Assembly: GCA_041654935.1 (NCBI GenBank) | Contig: JBAZCM010000001.1 | Coordinates: 42,516-106,515, forward strand | Length of the DNA stretch: 64,000 nt | DNA from: Sphaerochaeta sp. | GTDB taxonomy: Bacteria > Spirochaetota > Spirochaetia > Sphaerochaetales > Sphaerochaetaceae | Direction of reading: 5' to 3' | Part shown: positions 19,689 to 29,843 of the stretch, piece by piece | Position numbering within the stretch: position 1 is the first letter of the stretch | Layout: each line of letters opens with the position of its first letter | Position numbers and translations under genes: made by a program | Notes under the pieces: model-generated | Told to the model about the DNA's origin: nothing | Database searches by the model: none | The model's input: the letters and a program-made list of their open reading frames with translations, nothing else

Positions 19689-19741
19689 TGGTCCAGTATA
19701 GCGACTTTTATACTGTTCGTATTCCCCCTAATAGGGGAGAT

Positions 19742-20752
19742 TCATTCGTTTGTGCGTGGGAAAATCAGGGTATCCTTCTTTCTTACCGAGAGAGTCACCC
19801 TTCTGCCTTTTGGACGATGGTCACTATAACAACTTATGTTCCACTCCTTCCAGCGAGCTCGTAGTCGGTATCGGCCTCCCTGAAATTCACAGCTTTCGAG
19901 AAACGCATCATCAAAGAGGTAGTGGGGGAGGAACTCTCGCTCAAAGGAAGAATCTCCTCTGTGAGCTGTGACTTGTTCTGGGCGGAAGAAGAGAACCGAG
20001 TCGTTCTCTGGATCGTTTTCTACAGCATTGGTATCGATTGTGTTCCCTTCTCCGATGAAGGTTGCTACAAAGAGTGAGGCAGGAGCGTGGTATATTTCTT
20101 CTGGGGTTCCGCTTTGTACAACCTGTCCATCACGCATCACGATGATCCGATCGGCAATGGAAAGCGCTTCTTCCTGGTCATGGGTGACATAGATTGTGGT
20201 AATGCCTGTCTCATCGTGGATACGACGGATTTCCTCTCTGAGATGTTTGCGAAGCTTTGCGTCGAGTGCAGAGAGCGGTTCATCGAGTAAGAGTAGTTGA
20301 GGATCACTGGCCAATGCCCGAGCGAGCGCTATGCGTTGTTGCTCCCCACCACTGAGTTCATCAACTCTCCTTTTTTCATACCCAGACAATGATACGAGCT
20401 TTAATAGCTGGTCAACTCGCTCCTGTTGCTCGCTACGGGCAACCTTTCGCAATTTGAGCGGATAGGCAATATTTTGCCCTACATCCATGTGAGGGAAGAG
20501 TGCGTAGGCTTGAAAGACCATGGCAATTTGGCGTTGATGAACTTCCAGCTTGCTGAGATCTATTCCTCCCAAAGTGATGGTACCTTCTTCTAGAGGAAGC
20601 AATCCTGCGATCAGTTGGAGAGTTGTTGATTTACCACAGCCAGATGGTCCTATGAGACAAGCCAGCTCACCTTCCCGTACGGTAAAGTTTGCAGAGAGTT
20701 GAAATTGCTCATAAGAGGCGTTGAGTGTACAGATCAATTGGTCAGATACCAT
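19742..20752 (-). CDS. thiQ: Thiamine ABC transporter ATP-binding protein
   Basis: GPSGCGKS, LSGGEQQR, LLLDEP; operon under TPP riboswitch. Confidence 0.8.
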   Translation of the reverse strand: MVSDQLICTLNASYEQFQLSANFTVREGELACLIGPSGCGKSTTLQLIAGLLPLEEGTITLGGIDLSKLEVHQRQIAMVFQAYALFPHMDVGQNIAYPLKLRKVARSEQQERVDQLLKLVSLSGYEKRRVDELSGGEQQRIALARALASDPQLLLLDEPLSALDAKLRKHLREEIRRIHDETGITTIYVTHDQEEALSIADRIIVMRDGQVVQSGTPEEIYHAPASLFVATFIGEGNTIDTNAVENDPENDSVLFFRPEQVTAHRGDSSFEREFLPHYLFDDAFLESCEFQGGRYRLRARWKEWNISCYSDHRPKGRRVTLSVRKKDTLIFPRTNE

Positions 20753-22421
20753 GGCGGGTTCCTTTTGGGCGAGCGGTGACAAGGAAGACCAGAGCACTGA
20801 CAATAATCAGGATGGTTCCAAGAGCACATGCTCCTTGGTAATTGTACGAGCCGATGAGTCGATACATGACAATGGGAAGGGTAACAATAGTTGCCGAAGA
20901 GAGTGTCAATGTTGCATTGAACTCTCCCATAGAGAGGGCAAACGCAAAGATAGCGGCACTGGCCATAGCACTTTTGAGCAATGGCAATTCCACGGAGAAG
21001 AAAGCCTTTGGTGCACTACTACCTAAGGTTCGAGCACTATGTGCATAGGAGAGAGGGATTTTTCGATACGCTGGCAAAATGGCACGGAGAGTGAAAGGGA
21101 TGGCAATGACCAGGTGAGCAATCACCACCAGAAGGTAACTGAGGCTTTGCCCAACACGAAACTGTGAGGAGATAAGAAAGTATCCAAGACCAATGATTAC
21201 CGAGCTAACCGTCATGCTCAACATCCCAAGCCACTCCAAGAGTGTCTTTGAGCGAGTCCTACGGGCGATGGAGGCTGAGAGGCCAGTTCCTAGGCTAGTA
21301 GCAACAATAGCCACCACGGTGGCGATCACTAAACTGTTGAGTAGGGCAGGGAGGGCACTTCCCATGTGGGATCCGGCAAGCTCCAATGCCAAGAGCTGAC
21401 GGTACCACTTCAGTGAGAAGCCTGCAGGAGAGAGGGCAGATCGTACCACTACTGAAATAATAGGGGCGAGAACAAAGAGCAGAGTGATGAAGGTATATAA
21501 GAGTGCAAGAAGTCGTCCCACCAGAGAGGCGGGCTTTCTATTTTGTGCTCGTTGTTCGTCACGATAGAGCTCTCCTTGTGCAAGGCGCCGCTGACTTTTG
21601 TTATAAGCGACAAGCAAAAGACCTGTAACCAAGATTGAGAAAAGAGAGAGTGCTGCAGCGGCAGCGGTGTTTCCCATCATCCGTGCTTGGCGGTAGATCT
21701 CTACCTCCATCGTTGTATATTTAGGCCCTCCCCCTAAGACAAGGATGATAGCAAAGCTGCTGAAACAAAAGAGAAAAACCAAGGTGGCGGCGCTGACGAT
21801 AGCCGGTACTAGACGAGGTAGAGTCACCGAAAAGAAGGTTCTCACCTTTGAGGCTCCAAGGGTATATGAGGCTGCCTCTAGGGTTGTGTCGAGGTGCATT
21901 GCATAAGAGGCAACAAGATTCATAATAATGGGAAAATTGTAGAAGGTATGGGCGAGGATGATAGCTCCAAAGGAGTACAAGATTTTCAGAGGTGGTTCAC
22001 TAAAGCCAAATATTCGCATCAAGAAGAGATTCAAGAAGCCATTATTGCCAAAAAAGATTACAAAGCCCAGAACAACGAGAATTGAGGGAATGACGAATGG
22101 AACGGCGGTGAGGGCAAGGATCAGGCGTTTAAAGCGAAATGAGTAAGAGGAGAGCAGGTATGCTCCCGGTAGCGCAATAATCACGGAGGCAAGAGTAGAG
22201 AGGGCTGCTTGCACCAAGGTGAAGCGCATGATACGCAAGGTATAGGGGTTTGTAAAAGTCTTGATGATAGTGGCCAGAGAAAAGGCACCCCTCCCGTCGG
22301 TAAATGCCGCCGAGAGGGTGATAAGAAGGGGAAGGACAAAGAAGAGGAGTAGTACCAACAAAGCTGGAAGCGCCAACATATAGTAGAAACCCCTCTTCTG
22401 AGGAATGCGTATTTTCCTCAT
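20742..22421 (-). CDS. thiP: Thiamine ABC transporter permease
   Basis: Duplicated permease with EAA-like loops; AHTFYNFP; ATGA overlap with binding-protein gene. Confidence 0.82.
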   Translation of the reverse strand: MRKIRIPQKRGFYYMLALPALLVLLLFFVLPLLITLSAAFTDGRGAFSLATIIKTFTNPYTLRIMRFTLVQAALSTLASVIIALPGAYLLSSYSFRFKRLILALTAVPFVIPSILVVLGFVIFFGNNGFLNLFLMRIFGFSEPPLKILYSFGAIILAHTFYNFPIIMNLVASYAMHLDTTLEAASYTLGASKVRTFFSVTLPRLVPAIVSAATLVFLFCFSSFAIILVLGGGPKYTTMEVEIYRQARMMGNTAAAAALSLFSILVTGLLLVAYNKSQRRLAQGELYRDEQRAQNRKPASLVGRLLALLYTFITLLFVLAPIISVVVRSALSPAGFSLKWYRQLLALELAGSHMGSALPALLNSLVIATVVAIVATSLGTGLSASIARRTRSKTLLEWLGMLSMTVSSVIIGLGYFLISSQFRVGQSLSYLLVVIAHLVIAIPFTLRAILPAYRKIPLSYAHSARTLGSSAPKAFFSVELPLLKSAMASAAIFAFALSMGEFNATLTLSSATIVTLPIVMYRLIGSYNYQGACALGTILIIVSALVFLVTARPKGTRHGI

Positions 22422-23446
22422 CGGCTCATGACCTCTGTCCACTCTTCAAGCCATCGATCCAGATGCTGTGCAATCCGCTCAGGATCCATAGAGATGCTAC
22501 GGGTGGGTTTGGGCGCCCAGTCAAAGACGGCTGGCAGCTGCACATCCGCATTGGTCGGGTACATGGAGTTCGCAATGGCGATATCCAGCTGGGCCTCGCT
22601 GAGTAGATAATCTACAAACCGTTTTGCTTCATCTTGCCGCTTGCTGGTGGCAAGGATACCTACCCCTTCAATGGTCACTTGATGCCCTTCATCAAAGATC
22701 AACGCTTGGTATCGAGTACTCTCTTCATTGAGCACATGATATACCGGGCTGGTGGTGAAGCTGATGACCAAAGGAGCCTCACCTTCGGTGAACAGTCCAT
22801 AGGCACTGGACCATCCGTCGGTGATGGTCAGTGCATTTTGCTTCATCGCTTGCCACCAATTGAGCCATTGCCCTTCCCCAAAATGCTCAATGGACCATAG
22901 TAGCAGCCCAAGACCAACTGAAGAGGTGCGAGGATCGATCAGGATGATTTTGTTTTTATATTGCGGGTCGGCCAATGATTCCAAGGAGGTAGGCCACTGG
23001 GCGCGCTCTAGGCGTTCGCTATCAACGATGAAGGCATAGTTGGAGTAATCAAAAGGCAGAAGACGATTGGTTTCGTCGAATTGAAGGAACGAAGGAATTT
23101 TGGCCAGCAGCTCGCTCTCATAGCTGATCAAAAGATCGGTATCCAAGATTCGTTTGACCATGTCGTCGGTAATACCCACCACCACATCAGCACGGGTATT
23201 CTTGCCTTCGGCGATGAGACGACTCATCATTGCCACAGCATCGCCACTACCAACGAGTTGTACGGGGATGCCTGTCGCTGCTTCATAGGCTTGGACGAGG
23301 GCCGGACCTGGGCCCCAGTCACCGGTGAATGCATCATAAGCATAGACGATCAAAGACTCTTGCCGCTCCGCCTTTCCTCCACCAAAGAGAGGTAAGGAGA
23401 GGATCAAAATGGCAACCAACACACACATTAGACGATGCTTTTTCAT
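22418..23446 (-). CDS. thiB: Thiamine ABC transporter substrate-binding protein
   Basis: VYAYDAFTGDWGPG, DPRTSSVGLG, GWSSAYGLFTEGEAPLVISFTTSPVYH. Confidence 0.9.
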   Translation of the reverse strand: MKKHRLMCVLVAILILSLPLFGGGKAERQESLIVYAYDAFTGDWGPGPALVQAYEAATGIPVQLVGSGDAVAMMSRLIAEGKNTRADVVVGITDDMVKRILDTDLLISYESELLAKIPSFLQFDETNRLLPFDYSNYAFIVDSERLERAQWPTSLESLADPQYKNKIILIDPRTSSVGLGLLLWSIEHFGEGQWLNWWQAMKQNALTITDGWSSAYGLFTEGEAPLVISFTTSPVYHVLNEESTRYQALIFDEGHQVTIEGVGILATSKRQDEAKRFVDYLLSEAQLDIAIANSMYPTNADVQLPAVFDWAPKPTRSISMDPERIAQHLDRWLEEWTEVMSR

Positions 23447-23496
23447 AAGCACCTCCTTTGAGGATAGTTTGCCATGGGGATTGTTTGTGATTAGTG

Positions 23497-23572
23497 ACAG
23501 TCTCCCTCCGCTGGTATTATCCAGATCAGGTTAACGGGTGTAATCTCAGGCTTGTGGCCACCCCAGGACTCT
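23497..23572 (-). ncRNA. TPP riboswitch
   Basis: Minus strand GGGGTG..CTGAGA..ACCC..AACCTGATCTGGATAATACCAGCGGAGGGA directly upstream of thiB. Confidence 0.95.
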
Positions 23573-23651
23573 TTTAGCCTATCGAGAGCACTGGGGGGTG
23601 TCAAGGGGCATCTTGGTTGAAAACTCTCCTTCGGTGGTCTACAGTTATGCC

Positions 23652-25100
23652 ATGATATTGATTGTCCGCTCCGCCGACATTGCCCGTGTGGATCAACGGG
23701 CCCAAGAAGAGGCACATATTCCTGAGCTCCTCCTCATGGAGAGCGCCGGGTTGCAGGCATGGCAACACCTCAAGCCTCGTTTGCAGAAGGGACAACGATT
23801 ATTGTTCGTTGTAGGTGGAGGGAATAATGGTGGGGATGCGTTGGTAGTCAGTCGGTATGCCTACCACGATGGTTACACCGATCAATCCCTGTTACTGTTA
23901 GGGTCCACAATCTCACCCGCTTGTCACCAACAACGTATGATCATCGAAGAGTATCCAATCAAGACGATTGGCCCCGATGAGGCGGCACAGTCGCTTATTG
24001 AAAGTGATTGGGTCATCGATGGAATCGCTGGAACCGGCCTTATAGGACCGCTCAAAGAGGCACTGCACTCCTTGGTTGACCAGATCAACGATAGTGATGC
24101 CAAGGTATTCAGTATCGATATCCCAAGTGGTATCGGTGATGAGATTTCTGCAAATGCTCTATCAATCAAGGCTGATGTTACGCTAACCATGGGGGCGCGA
24201 AAGCTTGCCATGTATCACCCAGCTACGCGACAAAGGTGTGGTGATATTGTCGTCGTCAATCCAAGTTTTCCTCCTGCCATCCTCAACCAAGTGCCAGCTC
24301 AAGCATTTTTGGTGGAAACTGGCCCAACGCTCCTACCATTGGACAAGGACGAATATAAGAAGAGTCGTGGCCATCTGGGCATCTGGGGAGGAAGTAAGCC
24401 CTACAGTGGGGCTTTACGCCTCGCAGGACGGGCTGCATTTGCAGCGCGAGGAGGCTTGGTTACCCTTGTATGTGACCCAGAAATCACTCAAATAGTCTCA
24501 ACAGAAACCCCCTCTGCAATGGTTCGTACCCCCGCCGATGCTAATCCCGCTACGTATGATGCATTGCTTGCAGGGCCAGGGTGGGGAGAGGGGCGTCAAT
24601 CAGTGCTGAAAACGTTGCTGGACAGCCAACGCCCAATGGTCATTGATGCCGATGGAATCCGAGCTTACGCTACTTTGAAGGACCACATTACCTCGTCGGC
24701 AATTCTCACCCCTCATCTTGGTGAGTTGCAGGTTCTGCTTGATGAGAAGATTGAGATGCTGAGCCCCTCAGTGTTTTTGGACCGTATCAGGGCATTCGCC
24801 ACCAACCGAGGGGTAACGTTAGTCGTTAAAAGTTCACTGACGCACATCGTCGATGAAAAGGGTGAGATTTTTATAATTGAAGGGGGCAATCCCTCGTTGG
24901 GTGTGGGCGGCAGTGGAGATATTCTCGCCGGTATTATCGGCGCTCTCTTGGCACGGGGCCTACAGAACACTACAGCTGCTCTGCAGGGAGTATTGATTCA
25001 TCAACGTGCTGGCCAATTAGCGCATCAGGACCTGGGTTATTATGATTCTGAACAACTCATTGAATTTGTTGGTAAAGCATGTTGCGAGGCCGAGTCATGA
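23652..25100 (+). CDS. nnr: Bifunctional NAD(P)H-hydrate epimerase/dehydratase
   Basis: LMESAG, GGGNNGGDAL, IDIPSG, IDADG, TPHLGE, GGSGDILAG. Confidence 0.92.
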   Translation: MILIVRSADIARVDQRAQEEAHIPELLLMESAGLQAWQHLKPRLQKGQRLLFVVGGGNNGGDALVVSRYAYHDGYTDQSLLLLGSTISPACHQQRMIIEEYPIKTIGPDEAAQSLIESDWVIDGIAGTGLIGPLKEALHSLVDQINDSDAKVFSIDIPSGIGDEISANALSIKADVTLTMGARKLAMYHPATRQRCGDIVVVNPSFPPAILNQVPAQAFLVETGPTLLPLDKDEYKKSRGHLGIWGGSKPYSGALRLAGRAAFAARGGLVTLVCDPEITQIVSTETPSAMVRTPADANPATYDALLAGPGWGEGRQSVLKTLLDSQRPMVIDADGIRAYATLKDHITSSAILTPHLGELQVLLDEKIEMLSPSVFLDRIRAFATNRGVTLVVKSSLTHIVDEKGEIFIIEGGNPSLGVGGSGDILAGIIGALLARGLQNTTAALQGVLIHQRAGQLAHQDLGYYDSEQLIEFVGKACCEAES

Positions 25101-25519
25101 TGCAGGCCTACCTTCTCTCAGTATTGTATCTATGTTACGGAGCAGCGTTTTTGCTTGCTGATGAACATGGAGCGCGGTTTCCATCTCTGCTTTCTCTACG
25201 CTATTATTTTCGGACAAACCGCTGGGTAAGGGCTTTTGTAATCATCATCGGAATAATCCTCACAGCATTGCTCAGTTTTTTCCCTATGGACCCGGGCCCT
25301 GTTCTTCTAGGAGACCTTTTGCCAATGATCAACACCCTTTCCTTGACCGTTTATTTCCTCCACCAATCGATTAAGGGTGCAGAGGAGGTGGGGGAGCGCA
25401 AAGAATCGGTATTACACGCAACCGGGCAATACGTTGATCACAATCGTCGCTATGTCGGATATTTTACACTAGTCGTGGCAGTGCTACACTTTATTTTGCC
25501 ACAGTTGGTCATCTTGTAG
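25097..25519 (+). CDS. Hypothetical membrane protein
   Basis: About four hydrophobic segments; ATGA overlap with nnr. Confidence 0.7.
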   Translation: MMQAYLLSVLYLCYGAAFLLADEHGARFPSLLSLRYYFRTNRWVRAFVIIIGIILTALLSFFPMDPGPVLLGDLLPMINTLSLTVYFLHQSIKGAEEVGERKESVLHATGQYVDHNRRYVGYFTLVVAVLHFILPQLVIL

Positions 25520-25527
25520 GAGTGTGT

Positions 25528-25923
25528 ATGGAAGAGCGTATTACCACTGCAGGGGTTTTGATTTGTGAAGGTCGATTTTTGATTGCCAAGCGCCAAGACA
25601 GTGGTTCAATAGGTGGAATGTGGGAATTTGTCGGAGGAAAGAACCGATGGGGAGAGCGCGAAGAGGAGACACTCAAACGTGAATTTCTCGAAGAGCTAGG
25701 CATCACCATTGAAGTAAAAGAGTTGCTGCACTCCCATCGTTTTTCCAATAAAGGTACCAACTACCTGTTAAAAGCATATTTGGTGGTACTTCAGGGAGAA
25801 TTTTCTCCGACGCTCACAGTACACACTGAGTTGCAATGGGTCACTATGGGAGAATTATCAGGGTTCGCCATGGCCCCTAGCGATCAGGAGATCGTAAAAA
25901 CACTCAACTCTGCTTCACTGTAA
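25528..25923 (+). CDS. NUDIX hydrolase (MutT/NudG-like)
   Basis: WEFVGGKNRWGEREEETLKREFLEELG Nudix box. Confidence 0.88.
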   Translation: MEERITTAGVLICEGRFLIAKRQDSGSIGGMWEFVGGKNRWGEREEETLKREFLEELGITIEVKELLHSHRFSNKGTNYLLKAYLVVLQGEFSPTLTVHTELQWVTMGELSGFAMAPSDQEIVKTLNSASL

Positions 25924-25994
25924 CAACAAGCAAAAATGCTAAACATTCTTCCAACAATTTGTCTAGCTAATGGACTGAGGAAAGCCTTGACCAG

Positions 25995-26028
25995 TTGCCA
26001 TCACCCCATGCAAAAGGGATGATGGCAA
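25995..26028. terminator. Hairpin between convergent genes
   Basis: TTGCCATCA...TGATGGCAA. Confidence 0.6.
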
Positions 26029-26036
26029 TAATTACA

Positions 26037-27629
26037 TCAGCTTAAAACCTTAATTGCTTCACGTAAAATTGGTAAACCTGCTTTATAGCGTTCCATGAAC
26101 ACATTGAAACCTTCTATATCTTCAGCAGTCGGGGTGATCGTTGAGATTTTTGCATCAGCAAAGGCCTCCTTGGTGAGGAATTCCGCAAGCGTTTGACCAT
26201 TGCCATTTGCACGGTAACTAGCGAGAAGTGCTATTCCCCAAGCCCCACCTTCACCCGCAGTTGTAAGTGTTGAGATTGGGGTGTGCAGCGCTGCTGCCAT
26301 CATCGTTTGTCCAACCAAGGCTGTCTTGAAGAAGCCACCATGGCCTGTGATTGAGTCAACATGAATTCCTTCTTTCTCAAAGAGAATATCCATGCCAATT
26401 CGAATCACACCAAGGGCGGTAAAGAGTTGGGCGCGCATGAAATTAGCTAGTGTGAAGGAGCTGCCCGTTTCTCTGACAAAAAGAGGACGCCCTTCATAGA
26501 TTTCGGTCATCGTTTCACCGCTGAGATAGTTGTACGGAAGAAGTCCACCGGCTTCCAGATCCCCTTTCAGGGCAGTGTTGAGAATCTTGTCGTAGAGCTC
26601 GCTCTTTTTTACGGTGAATCCAAGAGTTTGAACAACTTCACCAAAGAGGCGCATCCATGCATCATATTCACCGGTGCAGTTGTTGCCGTGGCTCATTGCA
26701 ACCAGTGATCCATCTGGAGTAGTAACCAAGTCGATGAATTTATTATAGCTCTGAGAAAGTTCTTTCTCCAAAACAACCATGGCAAAGACTGAGGTTCCAG
26801 CCGATACATTTCCAGTACGTTTTGCAATGGCATTGGTAGCAACCATACCGGTACCGGCATCGCCTTCAGGAGGACAGAGCGGAACCCCTGCCTCAAAGAC
26901 TCCGCTGGGATCAAGTAATCGTGCACCCTCTTCAGTCAAAGAGCCAGCATCAGATCCGGCGACCAGGACAGTAGGAAGAAGTGATTGGAGGTCCCAAGAG
27001 TAGTTGTGGGGCTTAATTAATGTGGAGAAAACACTAAGCATCTTCTTATCATAGTCGAGCGTTTTGGTGTCGATAGGGAACATACCACTGGCATCCCCGA
27101 TTCCAAGGGTCTTCTTTCCGGTAAGGCGAGAGTGAACATAGCCTGCGAGGGTAGTAAGGTGGGCGAGACGGGACACATGCTCTTCACCATTGAGAATTGC
27201 TTGATAGAGGTGGCTGATCGACCAACGCTCAGGAACCGGATAGTCAAAGAGATCGCTGAGCTGTTGTGCTGCATCTTCGGTCATGGTGTTGCGCCATGTG
27301 CGGAAAGGCACGAGGAGGTTGTCATCTTTATCAAAGGCAAGATAGCCATGCATCATTGCACTGATACCCATTGCTTTTACTCGTTTTAAAGGAACCTGGT
27401 ATTGGTTTTGCACATCGCTTTGCAGGGAGGCAAAACAGCTTTGCAGCCCCTGATGCACATCGCCTAGATCATAGGTCCATACTCCATCGACGAGTTTGTT
27501 CTCCCAATCATATCCTCCCTGGGCGATTGGTTGGTTCGTATTGTCTATAAGTACTGCCTTAATGCGTGTTGAACCTAGTTCAATACCCAGAATTGCTTCT
27601 CCGTTCTTGATCAAAGTTTTGGTATCCAT
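26037..27629 (-). CDS. FGGY family carbohydrate kinase (pentulose kinase-like)
   Basis: LGIELGSTRIKA, GISAMMHGY, PPEGDAGTG, GEGGAWG. Confidence 0.88.
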   Translation of the reverse strand: MDTKTLIKNGEAILGIELGSTRIKAVLIDNTNQPIAQGGYDWENKLVDGVWTYDLGDVHQGLQSCFASLQSDVQNQYQVPLKRVKAMGISAMMHGYLAFDKDDNLLVPFRTWRNTMTEDAAQQLSDLFDYPVPERWSISHLYQAILNGEEHVSRLAHLTTLAGYVHSRLTGKKTLGIGDASGMFPIDTKTLDYDKKMLSVFSTLIKPHNYSWDLQSLLPTVLVAGSDAGSLTEEGARLLDPSGVFEAGVPLCPPEGDAGTGMVATNAIAKRTGNVSAGTSVFAMVVLEKELSQSYNKFIDLVTTPDGSLVAMSHGNNCTGEYDAWMRLFGEVVQTLGFTVKKSELYDKILNTALKGDLEAGGLLPYNYLSGETMTEIYEGRPLFVRETGSSFTLANFMRAQLFTALGVIRIGMDILFEKEGIHVDSITGHGGFFKTALVGQTMMAAALHTPISTLTTAGEGGAWGIALLASYRANGNGQTLAEFLTKEAFADAKISTITPTAEDIEGFNVFMERYKAGLPILREAIKVLS

Positions 27630-27638
27630 AATGACCTC

Positions 27639-28457
27639 CTAGGGGTATATTACCTCTGATATGCCAAAGCGTTCGATGGCTTCAATGACACCATTGGTAT
27701 TGCTCTTCAGTGTAACATGGTCAGCGGCTTCTTTCACCTCACTCTTTGCATTTGAGACTGCGACCCCAATGCCGGCCTGACGAATCATTTCAATATCGTT
27801 TGTATCGTCGCCGATAGCAAGGATCTTTGAAAGAGGGATGGCGGTGTGCTCGGAGAGCGCTCTCAGACCAGTTGCCTTTGTGATGCCCTTTTGCATGATC
27901 TCACAGCTACGATTGCCATAGCGATTAATCGAAAAATCTTGCTCAAAGGGAGCAAGTAAGGGATCAATTATCTCAAAAGCTCCTGGCCGATGGTGATAGA
28001 CCAATGCAATTTTAAGGATTTCAAGGTCCTGCCACTGTGCCTGAGTTGGGGTATGAATGACAAACTTGCGAACTGTACCCTTGTTCTTGATAATCCAACT
28101 GGTCGTAGTGAGTGAAAACGCCTCCCAGGCGGTATAGTAAAGAACCGTCGCTCCTATTCGTGCAGCCTCTTCAAGGACGTGTTGCAGAGAAGCCATTGAG
28201 AAAGGGGATGCTCTGTAGATTTCCTTGCCATTGAAGAGCGCTCCACCATTGAACGCTACCATGGGTAGGGTTATTTCAAGCTCTTGGGCGATATGTTCCA
28301 TAAAAAGGATTGGTCGTCCTGAGACGAGCGTGAAGGCAATTTTTCGCTTCTTCAATCCTCGGAAATAGGCCACTGTATCAGAGGGAAGGTTGCCTGCAGG
28401 GTCGAGCAGAGTGCCGTCCATATCCACAGCAATGAGTTGTATTTCTTTTTTCTTCAC
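27639..28457 (-). CDS. Cof-type HAD-IIB hydrolase
   Basis: DMDGTLL, SGR, KATGL, IGDDTND. Confidence 0.9.
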   Translation of the reverse strand: MKKKEIQLIAVDMDGTLLDPAGNLPSDTVAYFRGLKKRKIAFTLVSGRPILFMEHIAQELEITLPMVAFNGGALFNGKEIYRASPFSMASLQHVLEEAARIGATVLYYTAWEAFSLTTTSWIIKNKGTVRKFVIHTPTQAQWQDLEILKIALVYHHRPGAFEIIDPLLAPFEQDFSINRYGNRSCEIMQKGITKATGLRALSEHTAIPLSKILAIGDDTNDIEMIRQAGIGVAVSNAKSEVKEAADHVTLKSNTNGVIEAIERFGISEVIYP

Positions 28458-28498
28458 ATATAAGTCCTGATTCAGATTCTACCTAAGGGGCAAGATAT

Positions 28499-28530
28499 AA
28501 AAAAACCGGGAAGGGAAGCCCCTCCCGGCT
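28499..28530 (-). terminator. Intrinsic terminator after glgC
   Basis: CCGGGA...TCCCGG stem followed by T run on the minus strand. Confidence 0.75.
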
Positions 28531-28538
28531 ATCAGTCG

Positions 28539-29843
28539 TTACATTACCGTTCCGTTTTTGATGACGGCATTCTTGTTGATGACAATGATTCCATCGTGGA
28601 TGGAGTACATTGCAAAGTCACCTTCCTTGCGAGGAATGTCATCAATGCCGATACGACATCCATCTCCGATGCGAGCATTCTGGTCGATGATGGCTCCTCT
28701 GATAATCGTTCCCTTTCCGATACCGATATTGGGAACACCCTTTTTGGCATTCTCCTTCTTCTCTTCCTCGGTCTCGTAGTAGGAAGCGCCCATACAGTAC
28801 ACGCCATCCAGCGAAGCCCCACTTTCGATAATTGTCCGTACACCGATGATGGAGTTGACGATGTAGGCATTGGTTATGATGGAGCCCTCACTGGTCAGTG
28901 AGTTGGAGATATTACAGAAGTTCACCTTCGTCGCAGGTAAGTGGCGCCGGTGGGTGTAAATCGGCATCATCTCGTTATAGAAGTTAAACTGTGGATTGAT
29001 CGAGGCGAGGTCCAGGTTGGTGTCATAGAACGCCTTGATAGTCCCGATATCCTCCCAGAATCCATCAAAGAGGAAACACGCAACCCGTCTTTGGGTAATG
29101 ACATCAGGGATGATTTCCTTACCAAAGTCGGTCTTGTCGTTGTTGAGTACTTCCTCCATTGTCTTGGCGTTGAAGATATAGATACCCATGCTGGCCAAAT
29201 ACTCGTTGTGAGGTCCTACATCAACACCCAATGAATCGTGCATGAAGGACTGGCCAACCTTGTACTCACTGATATCCAGCTCAGGTGCCGGTTTCTCATA
29301 GAACTTGTCGATAATCCCATCTTCGGTGACGCCCATGATTCCTAGGCCAGTAGCCTCTTTTCGACTGATTGGCTTTGCAGCAATCGTTAGCTCAGCACCA
29401 GTTGCTTTATGGCGTGCCAGCATATCCTGCAAGTCCATGCGATAGAGCTGGTCCCCGCTGAGGATGATGTAGTAGTCAGCCTCTTGGTCACGGAAGTGAC
29501 GTAGGTTCTTACGTACTGCATCAGCCGTCCCCTGATACCAGGTATCGGTTTGGTTGGTCTGTTCAGCCGCCAGAATTTCAACAAAACCGTTGGAGAAGGT
29601 ATCAAAGATATACGTGTTGGCGATATGGTTGTGTAAGGACGCCGAGTTAAATTGAGTCAGGATATAGATTTTTTTGAAGTTACTGTTGATACAGTTCGAG
29701 ATAGGGATATCAACGAGGCGGTATTTGCCGGCAAAAGGGACTGCCGGTTTTGCCCGGTCCATCGTCAGTGGGTAGAGACGAGTACCTTTACCTCCGCCCA
29801 ATACAATAGCAATCACTCGGTCTTTCTTGGTACGCATACTCAC
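28539..29843 (-). CDS. glgC: Glucose-1-phosphate adenylyltransferase
   Basis: GGGKGTRLYPLT..RAKPAVP, WYQGTADAV, SMGIYIF, WEDIGT. Confidence 0.97.
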   Translation of the reverse strand: MSMRTKKDRVIAIVLGGGKGTRLYPLTMDRAKPAVPFAGKYRLVDIPISNCINSNFKKIYILTQFNSASLHNHIANTYIFDTFSNGFVEILAAEQTNQTDTWYQGTADAVRKNLRHFRDQEADYYIILSGDQLYRMDLQDMLARHKATGAELTIAAKPISRKEATGLGIMGVTEDGIIDKFYEKPAPELDISEYKVGQSFMHDSLGVDVGPHNEYLASMGIYIFNAKTMEEVLNNDKTDFGKEIIPDVITQRRVACFLFDGFWEDIGTIKAFYDTNLDLASINPQFNFYNEMMPIYTHRRHLPATKVNFCNISNSLTSEGSIITNAYIVNSIIGVRTIIESGASLDGVYCMGASYYETEEEKKENAKKGVPNIGIGKGTIIRGAIIDQNARIGDGCRIGIDDIPRKEGDFAMYSIHDGIIVINKNAVIKNGTVM

